In this document: piece by piece, positions 16,494 through 26,010 of the stretch
Layout: the number at the start of each line of letters is the position of its first letter
Numbering within the stretch: the first letter of the stretch is position 1
Source: an uncultured Gemmatimonadota bacterium
GTDB lineage: Bacteria > JAAXHH01
DNA length: 64,000 bases
Direction: 5' to 3'
NCBI GenBank assembly: GCA_951812955.1
Contig: OX638340.1
Coordinates: 640,001-704,000, forward strand
Translations under genes and position numbers: made by a program
The notes under the pieces: model-generated
Databases searched by the model: none
What the model was told of the DNA's origin: nothing
The model's input: the letters and a program-made list of their open reading frames with translations, nothing else

Positions 16494-17951
16494 TCAGATC
16501 CTTCTGCGCATTCGCGCAATGGGTATTCCCAGGTTCTCGCGGTACTTCGCCACCGTTCGCCGCTTGATCTGCACGCCCTCCTTCGATCGCAGGATGTCCT
16601 CGATAGCCTGATCACTCAGTGGCGCGTGCGCGTCTTCTTCATCGATGATCTGTGCGATCCGGTCCTTGACAGTCTTTGTTGCCAGTTGGCCGTCCGGGAC
16701 GTCTTCGGCGTTATTCGACGTTTTTTTCTTCAATCGACCATCGAAGAAAAACCTCAGCGCGTAAATCCCTCGGGGAGTCTGTACGTACTTGCCTTGCGTC
16801 GCCCGGCTGACGGTCGTTACATGCAGGCCTGCCTCGTCTGCCACCTCCTGAAGAATCATCGGTCTGAGAAAGGACAGGCCCGCATCCAGGAACTCGCGCT
16901 GGGCTTTAACGATGCAGTTCGTCACTTTCAACAAGGTAGACCGACGTTGTTCAATGGAGCTCACGAAGTGATTCGCTTCGGTCAACTTTCGCCTCACGTA
17001 CCGCCGATCCTCTTCTGTGGAATGCTCATGACGGCTCAGGATGACCTGGTACGCACGGCTGACTCGCACCCGGGGGAGGTTGCGGTCGTTGAGATACGCG
17101 ATGTATTCTCCCTCCACTTTTTCAACAATCAGGTCGGGGTGAATGGCAATTACGGATGAATCCCCGTAGGCAAGCCCGGGGTGGGGATTGAGTCCCGCGA
17201 CCACATTCAAGGCATCCCCGATTTCTTTCTCGGATGCCCCCATCTTCTTGCGAATCGAAGCGATGCGCCGCAATTTGACGTCGCGCCAGTTTTCGGAAAT
17301 CATCCGGAACGCGAGCGTATCATGCAAGTCCAGTGCATCCAACTGAAGCATGAGACACTCTCGCAGGTCTCGCGCGCCCACACCGGTAGGTTCGAGGGTC
17401 TGTACGATCTTCAGGACCCGTTCCGCCTCGTCGAACGGTAAGCCAGACTCCAGCGCCAGGTCAAGCAACGGAACATCGAACAGGCCGCTGTCGTTCAGAT
17501 TTCCGATCAGGTATTCACCGATCTCAAGATCCCGTGTGGACAGATCCAGGAGACGCAATTGCTCGACGAGGTACTGTGTGAGCGTTGCCCCCGACTTCCC
17601 CTCGCGTTCAAGGATGTTTTGATCTTCCCGTTTTTCAGACTCTTCGCGGGAATCCATCTGGTTGTGCATGCCGTCTTGTATATAGGCATCCCAGTCGATT
17701 TTATCCCGATCGGACGTCATTTCTCCAGGGTCGTCCTCACGCGTCGCATCCGGTTCCTCCGCCAGAGATTCGCCCGCTGAATCTTCCTCCGCCTCACGTG
17801 TCTCGTCTTCAAGTTCCAGCAGCGGATTCTCCTCGATTTTCGCCTTGATCTCCTGTTCGAGTTCCACCGTGGTGTACTGCAGCAGTTTGAGCGAGTACAT
17901 CAACTGTGGAGAAAACTGCTGTCTTGTCTGCGGCTGAAGCTGGAATTCCAT
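16494..17951 (-). CDS. rpoN: RNA polymerase sigma-54 factor
   Basis: 485 aa. Has the C-terminal RpoN box (RRTVAKYRENLGIPIARMRRRI), an HTH, an N-terminal Gln/Leu-rich region I and an acidic region II. Confidence 0.9.
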   Translation of the reverse strand: MEFQLQPQTRQQFSPQLMYSLKLLQYTTVELEQEIKAKIEENPLLELEDETREAEEDSAGESLAEEPDATREDDPGEMTSDRDKIDWDAYIQDGMHNQMDSREESEKREDQNILEREGKSGATLTQYLVEQLRLLDLSTRDLEIGEYLIGNLNDSGLFDVPLLDLALESGLPFDEAERVLKIVQTLEPTGVGARDLRECLMLQLDALDLHDTLAFRMISENWRDVKLRRIASIRKKMGASEKEIGDALNVVAGLNPHPGLAYGDSSVIAIHPDLIVEKVEGEYIAYLNDRNLPRVRVSRAYQVILSRHEHSTEEDRRYVRRKLTEANHFVSSIEQRRSTLLKVTNCIVKAQREFLDAGLSFLRPMILQEVADEAGLHVTTVSRATQGKYVQTPRGIYALRFFFDGRLKKKTSNNAEDVPDGQLATKTVKDRIAQIIDEEDAHAPLSDQAIEDILRSKEGVQIKRRTVAKYRENLGIPIARMRRRI

Positions 17952-17966
17952 GGTCTTGCCTTCCGG

Positions 17967-18740
17967 TTACTCCAGGCGGAACCGCTCGCCGAGATAAATA
18001 CGGCGCGCTTCTGGGTCATCGGCCAGGTGTTCGGCCGTTCCGGACACGTAAATCCGCCCTTCGGCCATGATATAGGACCGGTCCGTGATCTGTAACGTTT
18101 CCCGGACCATGTGATCCGTGACCAGTATGCCCAGGTTTCTTTTCTTCAGGCGCCCGATGATCTCCTGTATATCCTCCACGGCAATGGGATCGATGCCGGC
18201 AAATGGCTCATCGAGCAGTATGAATTTCGGTTCGGTTACCAGTACCCGGCTGATTTCGGTTCTACGCCGTTCGCCCCCCGATAGGGTGTAAGCCTTGTGC
18301 TTGGCCAGGTGCGCAATGCCGAAATCCTCCAGTAATGCCTCCATCTTCTGTCGCCTGGCCTTGCGGGACATGGGCAGGGTCTCGAGAATGGACATCAGGT
18401 TCTGTTCCACCGTCATCCGGCGAAAGATCGAGGGTTCCTGGGCCAGATACCCAATCCCGACGCGGGCCCTGCGGTACATGGGCCAACGTGTGATTTCCCT
18501 GCTCTTCCCGGTTTCCAGGTCATCGATCAGTACCCGTCCCGATCCCGGCTTGATCATGCCTACGATCATGTAAAACGAGGTGGTCTTCCCTGCTCCGTTG
18601 GGCCCGAGCAGTCCGACCACCTCGCCCTGGTCTACACGTAAGCTCACATCGTCGACCACGCGGTGATTCTGATAGGATTTGACCAGGCTCTCAGCTCGCA
18701 GGCACCGCACGAACCCTCCGTTTTCAACGGCTTCCGTCAT
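17967..18740 (-). CDS. lptB: LPS export ABC transporter ATP-binding protein
   Basis: 257 aa. Has Walker A (GPNGAGKTT), signature (LSGGERRR) and Walker B (ILLDEPFAG) motifs. Lies between lptA and rpoN, the conserved position. Confidence 0.9.
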   Translation of the reverse strand: MTEAVENGGFVRCLRAESLVKSYQNHRVVDDVSLRVDQGEVVGLLGPNGAGKTTSFYMIVGMIKPGSGRVLIDDLETGKSREITRWPMYRRARVGIGYLAQEPSIFRRMTVEQNLMSILETLPMSRKARRQKMEALLEDFGIAHLAKHKAYTLSGGERRRTEISRVLVTEPKFILLDEPFAGIDPIAVEDIQEIIGRLKKRNLGILVTDHMVRETLQITDRSYIMAEGRIYVSGTAEHLADDPEARRIYLGERFRLE

Positions 18741-20037
18741 CGTCTTCCGGTGTGAGATAGGTCCCGTCGACCCCGCCGTCCGCGTTCACCTTGACCGGCT
18801 CGCCGCCATCCAGTTCAATCACGATTTCTTTCGCCCGGACCACGTTGTGGCCGGACGGCCCGCTTTCGAGCGTAGACGGATTGTAGTTGCTCACCGCATT
18901 CCCGTTCGCAGTTATGGTCCTGACCGCTTCGTCGTCGAAATCCACGATCATGCTACGGCCTTCAATAGTGCTGCGGTCCGTTCCTTCCGTCTTCTCCACG
19001 GCATAGGTACCCTTGGCGTTCCCGGTTACCAACGCTTTTGTAACCTTGCCGTCTTCCATTTCGAGGACGATTTCATCCCCGGCGATCTCGCTGTGGACGC
19101 TCCGAATCACCGGATTCCCGATCAGATCGATCTTCAGGCCTTCGCCGTCGAAGCGCAAGGTATCGCAAATCCCTTCCAGCGTACCCTTCACGACTTTGAC
19201 CGAATCGAACACATCGGCAGTTCGATCTTCGAATCCATAGGTCATTCCGTTCCCCGTCACCTCGATTTCGCCTTCGTCGCTTCCCAGACTCCTTACCATT
19301 CGGGGCGAGCCACTGAATCGCGCGTTTTGCGTGGCTTTGTAGTACTCCGCGTGGTCGCAGTAAATTGTCACCCCTTCCCCTTCGTCCACCACCACGACGG
19401 AATCCTCAGCCAGCGCTTTCAGCAGGGTGTTGGATTCGGTGAAATAGTACTCGAGACGAAAGCCCTCGATGTTTATCCTGCTGCTGCCCTGTTGCCAGGT
19501 CATAGCCGGCTTGCCCGTCGCGACAGCGCGATGCGGTTCCTGGGTAAATACCATTCTGTGGCCGGTCAGCACCACGCCGTCCAACTCGTCGTCGAGCTTG
19601 ACCCGCCCCGCTCCGATAGCCCGTTGATCCTGTTCGTAGTATACCGCGGCTTCGGCGCTGAACGTACTGGTCTCGCGTACCATGCGCACGTTTCCGGCGA
19701 GATGCACGATTCCGTTCAGGCGGTCATAACGTACCCTGTCACTGGTCAGCACGGTATTTCCGTGCGACAGTCGCACGGAACCGGCCAGGTCGAAAACCTC
19801 ATCGACACCGGTAGCCCGGAGGACGCCCGCTTCTTCGATTTGCACCGGCTCGCGCCGCTCCTGGCCCGCCGCCCGCGGAGTAAATAACGCAGCGAGACAG
19901 CAGACTGAAACCAGCCACGCGACATGCCTGTTTACAAGGTAGAATATACCTGAATTCCGGCTGGACGTCAAGGGTGTCTCCCCGGCGTGACGGCTATGGA
20001 AGCGATCCGAGTCGACGGGGTCATCGCGACTGCGCAT
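18724..20037 (-). CDS. lptA: LptA/OstA-family periplasmic LPS-transport protein, unusually long (tandem OstA-like beta-jellyroll repeats). The start is uncertain.
   Basis: OstA-like repeats ([19 protein letters not shown]..., [11 protein letters not shown]...). A hydrophobic signal-like segment ([20 protein letters not shown]) follows a long charged N-region. The in-frame Met at 20037 (17-nt overlap with lptC) is chosen over 20133 (113-nt overlap). Confidence 0.6.
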   Translation of the reverse strand: MRSRDDPVDSDRFHSRHAGETPLTSSRNSGIFYLVNRHVAWLVSVCCLAALFTPRAAGQERREPVQIEEAGVLRATGVDEVFDLAGSVRLSHGNTVLTSDRVRYDRLNGIVHLAGNVRMVRETSTFSAEAAVYYEQDQRAIGAGRVKLDDELDGVVLTGHRMVFTQEPHRAVATGKPAMTWQQGSSRINIEGFRLEYYFTESNTLLKALAEDSVVVVDEGEGVTIYCDHAEYYKATQNARFSGSPRMVRSLGSDEGEIEVTGNGMTYGFEDRTADVFDSVKVVKGTLEGICDTLRFDGEGLKIDLIGNPVIRSVHSEIAGDEIVLEMEDGKVTKALVTGNAKGTYAVEKTEGTDRSTIEGRSMIVDFDDEAVRTITANGNAVSNYNPSTLESGPSGHNVVRAKEIVIELDGGEPVKVNADGGVDGTYLTPEDDDGSR

Positions 20038-20632
20038 CCGGTAAAAGCTGGCCTTTAATGTTGCGTCGTATAGTCCATTGGTGCATGCCCGGATCGGCTT
20101 CAAAGCCGTCGCCTGATATGATATCCCGGTCACTGGTCAAACGAACCGCGGCATCCGTTTCAATCACGTTCGCCGCGTTTATCCAGGTCAGGGAATCGGT
20201 TTCCAGGGTGCCTCGCTCCAAACTGTAGACGTTTACATCACCCCAGACACGCAGGTCGTGGGTCTGTCCGTCGATTTCACCCCGCTCGGCTTCCAGCGTC
20301 GAGGCCATTCCGCCGTCTTCTTCGAAGAATTCAACGAAAACGCCCTCGTCGATGACGGTTACGTTGGTTTCGGAGTAATACAGCCGGTGTCCGGCCCTGA
20401 TCGTGGCTTCCTGCCTTCCATCCCGGCTAAGGTAGATCGTCGTGTTCCACGCTTCCTGGTCCGGCGACACATCCTCCGTGCCGTTCTCCGGAGCCAGCTG
20501 ATCGACGGGCCGGCAGGCAGTTGAACATATGATCGCAACCACGACCAGACTTGCCAGAAAAAAGCGGGAAAGCCTTTCCGGTGCAGGGAGATTCAGGCGG
20601 GGCCAAACTTGTGAGAGATGCGAATTCGACAT
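20021..20632 (-). CDS. lptC: LPS export system protein LptC (N-terminal membrane anchor plus periplasmic beta-jellyroll)
   Basis: 203 aa. Has a single N-terminal TM (FFLASLVVVAIICSTA). Its size and its position upstream of lptA-lptB fit LptC. Confidence 0.65.
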   Translation of the reverse strand: MSNSHLSQVWPRLNLPAPERLSRFFLASLVVVAIICSTACRPVDQLAPENGTEDVSPDQEAWNTTIYLSRDGRQEATIRAGHRLYYSETNVTVIDEGVFVEFFEEDGGMASTLEAERGEIDGQTHDLRVWGDVNVYSLERGTLETDSLTWINAANVIETDAAVRLTSDRDIISGDGFEADPGMHQWTIRRNIKGQLLPDAQSR

Positions 20633-20668
20633 GACGGATTATACGCGATATCATCCGGCCAGGCAAGA

Positions 20669-21622
20669 TCAAGTTGGGCGGTCAGCAACTTGCCCGGCCT
20701 GCCTGGACGCCTTCCACCTGTCGTGCATCCATACCCACTGCGCCGGCGTTCTCCTGATGAACCGTTCCAATTCCGCGGTATACTCGCACGTCGTCCTTTC
20801 TACGTCATCCGGATTTCCTCCGGCGGGCCGGATCGGCGGGCGGACCGTTACGAGATGCGTATCGTCCGGGAGACGATGTATGGCCATGGGAACGATTGGC
20901 GCGCCCGACCGGTAGGCCAGCACCGCGGGGCCGGTGGGGGTTCTCGCGGGCCAGCCGAAAAACGGTACCGTGATGCCGGTTCCCCGTGTATCCTGATCCA
21001 CCAGCAACCCAACAACATGACCCTTCTTCAGCGCGCGAAACACGGCGGTGGCTGCCCTGTCGCGGCTCACGACGTTCAATCCGCCGCGCATCCTGTTTTG
21101 CATCAGGAGCGCGTCCAGCCTGGCATCGTACAGCGGCGCGGCCACCACGGTAACGGCAAATCCCTTGAGCGCCAGGTACGTACCCATCAGTTCGAAGTTC
21201 CCCAGGTGGGCGCTCACCGCCACGACACCTCTCCCCTCGCCAAAGGCCGATTCCAGGTACGGAAGTCCGTCGGCCCTGACCAGGTCGTCCACGTTTTCCG
21301 ACGTGACCCGCGGTATACGGGCGACATCCACGACGTTCCGTCCCAGTTCCCGGAAGACGCTCCGGCCCAGTTGCCTGATCTGCCTGCGGGACTTTTCGTC
21401 ACCGTAGGCCAATGTGAGATTGTCAAGGGTCAGGCGCCTGGACCCGCGGGCGGCCAGGTACGCCACGGCACCGGTCCAGCCGCTGACCGTCAAGGCCCAC
21501 CGTCTTGGAACCGCATTCATCAGGGCGATGAACGCACGCACCGCGTGATAGATGGCAACATTGCGCAGGCGTTTGATCAGGGAGGCCACGGCCGCACCCC
21601 AATGAAATTCAAAAGGCCGCAT
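20669..21622 (-). CDS. Lipid A biosynthesis lauroyl/myristoyl acyltransferase (LpxL/HtrB family)
   Basis: From Met35 the N-terminus (MRPFEFHWGAAVASLIKRL...IYHAVRAFIALMNAVPRRWALTVSGW..AYLAARGSRR) matches LpxL. Later blocks (N-terminal TM, AHLGNFE, LVDQD) also match. Overlaps the kdsA stop by 14 nt. Confidence 0.7.
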   Translation of the reverse strand: MRPFEFHWGAAVASLIKRLRNVAIYHAVRAFIALMNAVPRRWALTVSGWTGAVAYLAARGSRRLTLDNLTLAYGDEKSRRQIRQLGRSVFRELGRNVVDVARIPRVTSENVDDLVRADGLPYLESAFGEGRGVVAVSAHLGNFELMGTYLALKGFAVTVVAAPLYDARLDALLMQNRMRGGLNVVSRDRAATAVFRALKKGHVVGLLVDQDTRGTGITVPFFGWPARTPTGPAVLAYRSGAPIVPMAIHRLPDDTHLVTVRPPIRPAGGNPDDVERTTCEYTAELERFIRRTPAQWVWMHDRWKASRQAGQVADRPT

Positions 21623-22439
21623 GGGGCCGCACGACTTCGTCGATCGCCTGCAACCGTTCCAGAAGAGGTTCCAGACGGTCGAGAGGCAACATGCTCGCGG
21701 CGTCGCATAGTGCCTCGGAGACACGGGGATGTGTTTCTATAAAAACGGCGTCACAGCCCGTGGCCACGGCCGCACGGGCGAGTGGCTCGATAAACTCGGG
21801 CGTCCCTCCACTCGGTTCGCTGCTCGGGCGCCCATACAGCCTTACGACATGGGTGGCGTCGAATACCACGGGATATCCGATCCGCCGCATGATGGGCAGC
21901 GACCGCATATCGGCGACGAGATCGTGATATCCGAAAGAGACCCCGCGATCCGTCAGAAGGATTTTCCTGTTACCTGTACTCTCGATTTTTGACACGACCG
22001 AAGCCATGTCTCCCGGGGCAAGAAACTGCCCCTTTTTCACGTTGACGGGTTTCCCGGTGCGGGCCAGGGCAAGGGTCAGTTCCGTCTGCATGGACAGATG
22101 CGCGGGAAGCTGCAGTATATCGAGAACTTCCGCGGCCGCGTCTACTTCCTGGAGACTGTGCACATCCGAGAGCACCGGAACGCCCAGGTCACGCACTTTT
22201 TGCAGCACGCGCAACCCCTCCTGCAGACCGGGGCCCGCGTAATAGTCCACGGAGGAGCGATTCGCCTTCGCGTAAGATGATTTGAAAACGAGCGGCATGC
22301 CCAGGCGGCCGGCTACCGCCATCAGGCGTTCAGCGGTCTCCATGACCACGGCTTCGCTTTCGATTACGCAGGGACCGGCAATCAAGGCCAGTCGCCTTCC
22401 GCCGCCGATGGCCGCGTCTCCGACGAGGATCTCCTTCAT
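21609..22439 (-). CDS. kdsA: 3-deoxy-8-phosphooctulonate (KDO-8-P) synthase
   Basis: 276 aa. Strong match to the KdsA pattern (LIAGPCVIES...VFKSSYDKANRSS...DVHS..Q). Confidence 0.9.
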   Translation of the reverse strand: MKEILVGDAAIGGGRRLALIAGPCVIESEAVVMETAERLMAVAGRLGMPLVFKSSYAKANRSSVDYYAGPGLQEGLRVLQKVRDLGVPVLSDVHSLQEVDAAAEVLDILQLPAHLSMQTELTLALARTGKPVNVKKGQFLAPGDMASVVSKIESTGNRKILLTDRGVSFGYHDLVADMRSLPIMRRIGYPVVFDATHVVRLYGRPSSEPSGGTPEFIEPLARAAVATGCDAVFIETHPRVSEALCDAASMLPLDRLEPLLERLQAIDEVVRPHAAF

Positions 22440-23206
22440 GATGGTCCTTCCTCGGCGGCCAGCCTGCGCTCCGCCTTTTCGAGGTCCCCGGGCACGTCCA
22501 CTCCGAGCGGGGCGTATCCGGTCGGTTTCACCGCGATCCGGTATCCGTTTTCCAGGGCCCGCAATTGTTCCAGTCGTTCGATGCGCTCCAGCGGCGTCGG
22601 TTCCAGCTCGGCGAACGTGAGCAGGAAATCCCGCCGGTATCCATAGAGCCCCACGGTATTGTAGTACCGGTGTTCGCGCAGGTATTCCCCGTCCGGATGC
22701 TCACCCGGCCAGGGCAGCGGTGAGCGGGAAAAGTACAGCGCCAGGCCCTGTCCGTCGAACACCACTTTGCCCATGTGGGGATTGAGCAGGTCCTCCGGCC
22801 TGGTGATCCGGTGTGCGAGGGTCGTCATGGGCACTTCCGGATCATCGACCAGGGGCCTTACCACCGTTTCGATCGCTTCGGGTGTGATCAACGGTTCATC
22901 TCCCTGTATGTTCACGATCACGTCCGAATCCAGACCCCGGACCGCCTCGGCCAGCCTGTCCGTTCCGCTGGGATGGTCGCGCGAAGTCATGATCGGTTCG
23001 CCGCCGAACCCGCGGACCGCGTCAGCGATACGCCGGTCGTCGGTGACGACATATAGATCGGTAAGGCAGCGCGCCCGGACGGACCGCTCATACGTGTGTT
23101 GTATCATCGGTTTGCCCAGCAAGGGGACCAGCGCCTTGCCGGGGAAACGCGTAGAAGCGTAGCGGGCCGGTATGAGACCCGTTATTCTCCGGATTTCGGA
23201 TCCCAT
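22436..23206 (-). CDS. kdsB: 3-deoxy-manno-octulosonate cytidylyltransferase (CMP-KDO synthetase)
   Basis: 256 aa. Has the GLIPARYASTRFPGKAL N-terminus and the NIQGDEPL motif. There is a 4-nt ATGA overlap with kdsA. Confidence 0.9.
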   Translation of the reverse strand: MGSEIRRITGLIPARYASTRFPGKALVPLLGKPMIQHTYERSVRARCLTDLYVVTDDRRIADAVRGFGGEPIMTSRDHPSGTDRLAEAVRGLDSDVIVNIQGDEPLITPEAIETVVRPLVDDPEVPMTTLAHRITRPEDLLNPHMGKVVFDGQGLALYFSRSPLPWPGEHPDGEYLREHRYYNTVGLYGYRRDFLLTFAELEPTPLERIERLEQLRALENGYRIAVKPTGYAPLGVDVPGDLEKAERRLAAEEGPS

Positions 23207-23213
23207 AACACCT

Positions 23214-23498
23214 TCAGATGACCTTGGGTACCGTGAAATGGCCGCGATCGGACGCAGGAGCGTTCCGTAACGCTTCCTCCTGGGTCAGCGACGCCCCGAC
23301 TTCGTCTTCGCGGAATACGTTCTTGAGATGCAATACGTGCGAAGTCGGACCTGCGCCTTTCGTGTCGAGCGTATTCAGCTTCGCCATGTACGCGAGAATG
23401 GCGTTCAGCTGGTCCACCAGCTGTTCCCGGTCTTCATCCGAGAACTTCAGGTGCGCCAGCGTCGCGACATGGTCCACATCCTTGACTGTTACCGTCAT
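23214..23498 (-). CDS. gatC: Asp-tRNA(Asn)/Glu-tRNA(Gln) amidotransferase subunit C
   Basis: About 95 aa from the internal Met (MTVTVKDVDHVATLAHLKFSDEDREQL...), which matches the GatC N-terminus. An alternative Met at 23528 would add 10 aa. Confidence 0.8.
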   Translation of the reverse strand: MTVTVKDVDHVATLAHLKFSDEDREQLVDQLNAILAYMAKLNTLDTKGAGPTSHVLHLKNVFREDEVGASLTQEEALRNAPASDRGHFTVPKVI

Positions 23499-23540
23499 GG
23501 CATACCTCGTTTCCGGGCATCGTTTCACGAATGACCCGTG

Positions 23541-25751
23541 CTAAATCTTTTCTAACGCCGCGTACTTGACGATTACCTTCTTGGTCGTGTCGGAAAACCG
23601 GATCGTCGCCCTCAGGTCGTCCCCGCTTCCCGCGACCTGTAAGATACGCCCCTTGCCCCAGACGGGGTGTTTTACATCCTGTCCCCGGGATATCCGTATA
23701 CTGCCCGTCGGCGTCTGCACGGTACGGGGCGACGCGATATCGTCTTCGAACGGGGTATCGGAAGCCTTTTCGTCCTGCTGCCACGATGACCGCGTATAAA
23801 ACCGGCCCGTGCTCTCCCGGGTAACGAGCTCTTCGGGAATCTCGTCGATGAAACGGGACCTCAGCGAGGTCGTGGCACCTCCATATCTCCGCCGCAGATT
23901 GGCATGGGTTAGGAACAGTTGCTCCTGCGCGCGGGTGATGCCCACATAGCACAACCGCCGTTCCTCTTCCAGGTCGGCCGGGCTTTCCATCGCGCGCGAG
24001 ATGGGAAACAGGCCATCTTCCAAACCCGTGATGAAGACGATGGGGAACTCCAGCCCTTTGGCGTTGTGCAGGGTCATCAGGGTGACGCATTCAACGGATT
24101 CGTCCCAGCGGTCAATATCGGTTACCAGGGCTACTTCTTCAAGAAATTCGATCAGGCCGGTGACCGGCTGACCCTCTTCGGGCCTTTCGGTCGCCTCTTC
24201 AAGCGCGGCCATCAACTCGTTTATGTTCTGGACACGGGCCTCGGCCTCAACGTTTTTTGCTGCCTCCAGTTCCAGTTCACGAAGGTAGCCGGTCTTCTCG
24301 AGCAGGCTCCTTGCCGCTTCGGCGCCGGATATCTCATCCAGCCGCGACCTGAGGCGTAGCAGAAATTCCCCGAGATCCGCGGCGGCGCGGGCGGCCTTGC
24401 CTGAAAGCTCCTCCTCACCGGCGCGGTACAGCGCCTCCACATAGTCCATGTCCCGTTCAACGGCCAGGCGCTCCACGCGTCCCACGCTGACGGCTCCAAG
24501 GCCCCTGGCGGGTATGTTGACCATGCGACGGAAACTGATGACGTCTCTGCCGTTTACCAGGATCTTGAGATAGGCCAGGACGTCCTTGACTTCTTTCCGT
24601 TCGAAAAATCTCACGCCGCCTACAATCACGTAGGGCATGCCGGCGCGGCGCAATTCGTCCTCCAGCGTCCGCGACTGGGCGTTGGTTCGATAGAGCAGGG
24701 TGAAGTCTCTCAGAGACCTGCCGGCCCCGTTGCGCATCTCCTGGATCTTCCGGGAAATCCACCTTGCCTCGTCCCGTTCGTCCAGCGTCTCCACAAGGCC
24801 GATCTTCTCCCCGGTCGGGTTATCCGTCCACAGCTCTTTGCCCTTGCGGTCCTTGTTGTTTCTGATGACCTCGTTCCCCGCCTTCAGAATCAGCCCGGTG
24901 GATCGGTAGTTCTGTTCCAGGCGGACGACCCGCGCTTCGGGATAGTCTTTTTCAAATTCGAGGATGTTGCGGATATCCGCGCCCCGCCAGGCGTAGATGG
25001 ACTGGTCGTCATCCCCCACCACGCAGAGGTTCCTGTACTTTTTAGCCAATCGGTTGATCCATTCGTACTGGGCGCGGTTGGTATCCTGGTACTCATCCAC
25101 CAGAATGTACTGGAATCGTTCCTGATACCGGCTCAACAGGTCCGGATGCGTCGCGTATCCTTCGGCCAGCCGCATGATCAGATCGTCGAAATCCAGCGCG
25201 TTGCAGTCTTCCAGCGCTAGCTGATACGCATCGTAAACTCGGGAAACCACCTGCTGTTCGAAGAAATCACCGTGCTGATCCTTGTATTCGCCAGGCGGTA
25301 TGAGCCGATCTTTCGCTCCGCTGATATGGTTGCGCACCGCCTCCGGCGCAAAGCGTTTATCGGATATTTCCAGGTCCTTCATCAATCTGCGGATCAGCGT
25401 AAGCTGATCATCGCCGTCATAAATCACGAAATCCCGGCGGAAGCCCAGGGTCTCCGCCTCGCGGCGAAGTATCCGCGCGGAGAGCGAATGGAACGTGCCC
25501 ACCCACTGGGGGACGTCCCCCTGGACGAGCATGCGTTCTATCCGGTCCTTCATCTCCGCGGCCGCCTTGTTCGTGAACGTGACGGCCAGGATGTGATAGG
25601 GATCGATGCCGAGATTTTCGACGAGGTGGGCGATCCGGGAGGTCAACACCCGGGTCTTGCCGCTTCCGGCGCCGGCGAGCACAAGCAGCGGTCCATCGAG
25701 ATGGGACGCGGCCTTGAGTTGAGCGGGATTCAGTTCGCCAGCGAGGTTCAT
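23541..25751 (-). CDS. pcrA: ATP-dependent DNA helicase PcrA/UvrD (SF1A)
   Basis: 736 aa. Has motif I (LVLAGAGSGKTRVLT) and motifs II-VI including VDEYQDTN and TLHNAKGLEFPIVF. Confidence 0.9.
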   Translation of the reverse strand: MNLAGELNPAQLKAASHLDGPLLVLAGAGSGKTRVLTSRIAHLVENLGIDPYHILAVTFTNKAAAEMKDRIERMLVQGDVPQWVGTFHSLSARILRREAETLGFRRDFVIYDGDDQLTLIRRLMKDLEISDKRFAPEAVRNHISGAKDRLIPPGEYKDQHGDFFEQQVVSRVYDAYQLALEDCNALDFDDLIMRLAEGYATHPDLLSRYQERFQYILVDEYQDTNRAQYEWINRLAKKYRNLCVVGDDDQSIYAWRGADIRNILEFEKDYPEARVVRLEQNYRSTGLILKAGNEVIRNNKDRKGKELWTDNPTGEKIGLVETLDERDEARWISRKIQEMRNGAGRSLRDFTLLYRTNAQSRTLEDELRRAGMPYVIVGGVRFFERKEVKDVLAYLKILVNGRDVISFRRMVNIPARGLGAVSVGRVERLAVERDMDYVEALYRAGEEELSGKAARAAADLGEFLLRLRSRLDEISGAEAARSLLEKTGYLRELELEAAKNVEAEARVQNINELMAALEEATERPEEGQPVTGLIEFLEEVALVTDIDRWDESVECVTLMTLHNAKGLEFPIVFITGLEDGLFPISRAMESPADLEEERRLCYVGITRAQEQLFLTHANLRRRYGGATTSLRSRFIDEIPEELVTRESTGRFYTRSSWQQDEKASDTPFEDDIASPRTVQTPTGSIRISRGQDVKHPVWGKGRILQVAGSGDDLRATIRFSDTTKKVIVKYAALEKI

Positions 25752-26010
25752 TCACCGATCCCAAACGGCCGTGTGAAGGGACAGTAGATCCGGACTTGGG
25801 CTTGCGCCATCCATCTGGAAACCAAGGTGAGTAGCGCGGAAACATAATACACCCCTGTAAGAGACACTGTCAACAGAATCGTGGAACGGAAAGAGGCCGT
25901 CCGCAGTCGTTCCAATCAAAGATTCGTTGAATATACGGGCCAGCCCGGTATATTATGGCGGATCGATTTAAACCCGTATATCCGGAGCAAGAGGCGCAGG
26001 AACTCTGTCT

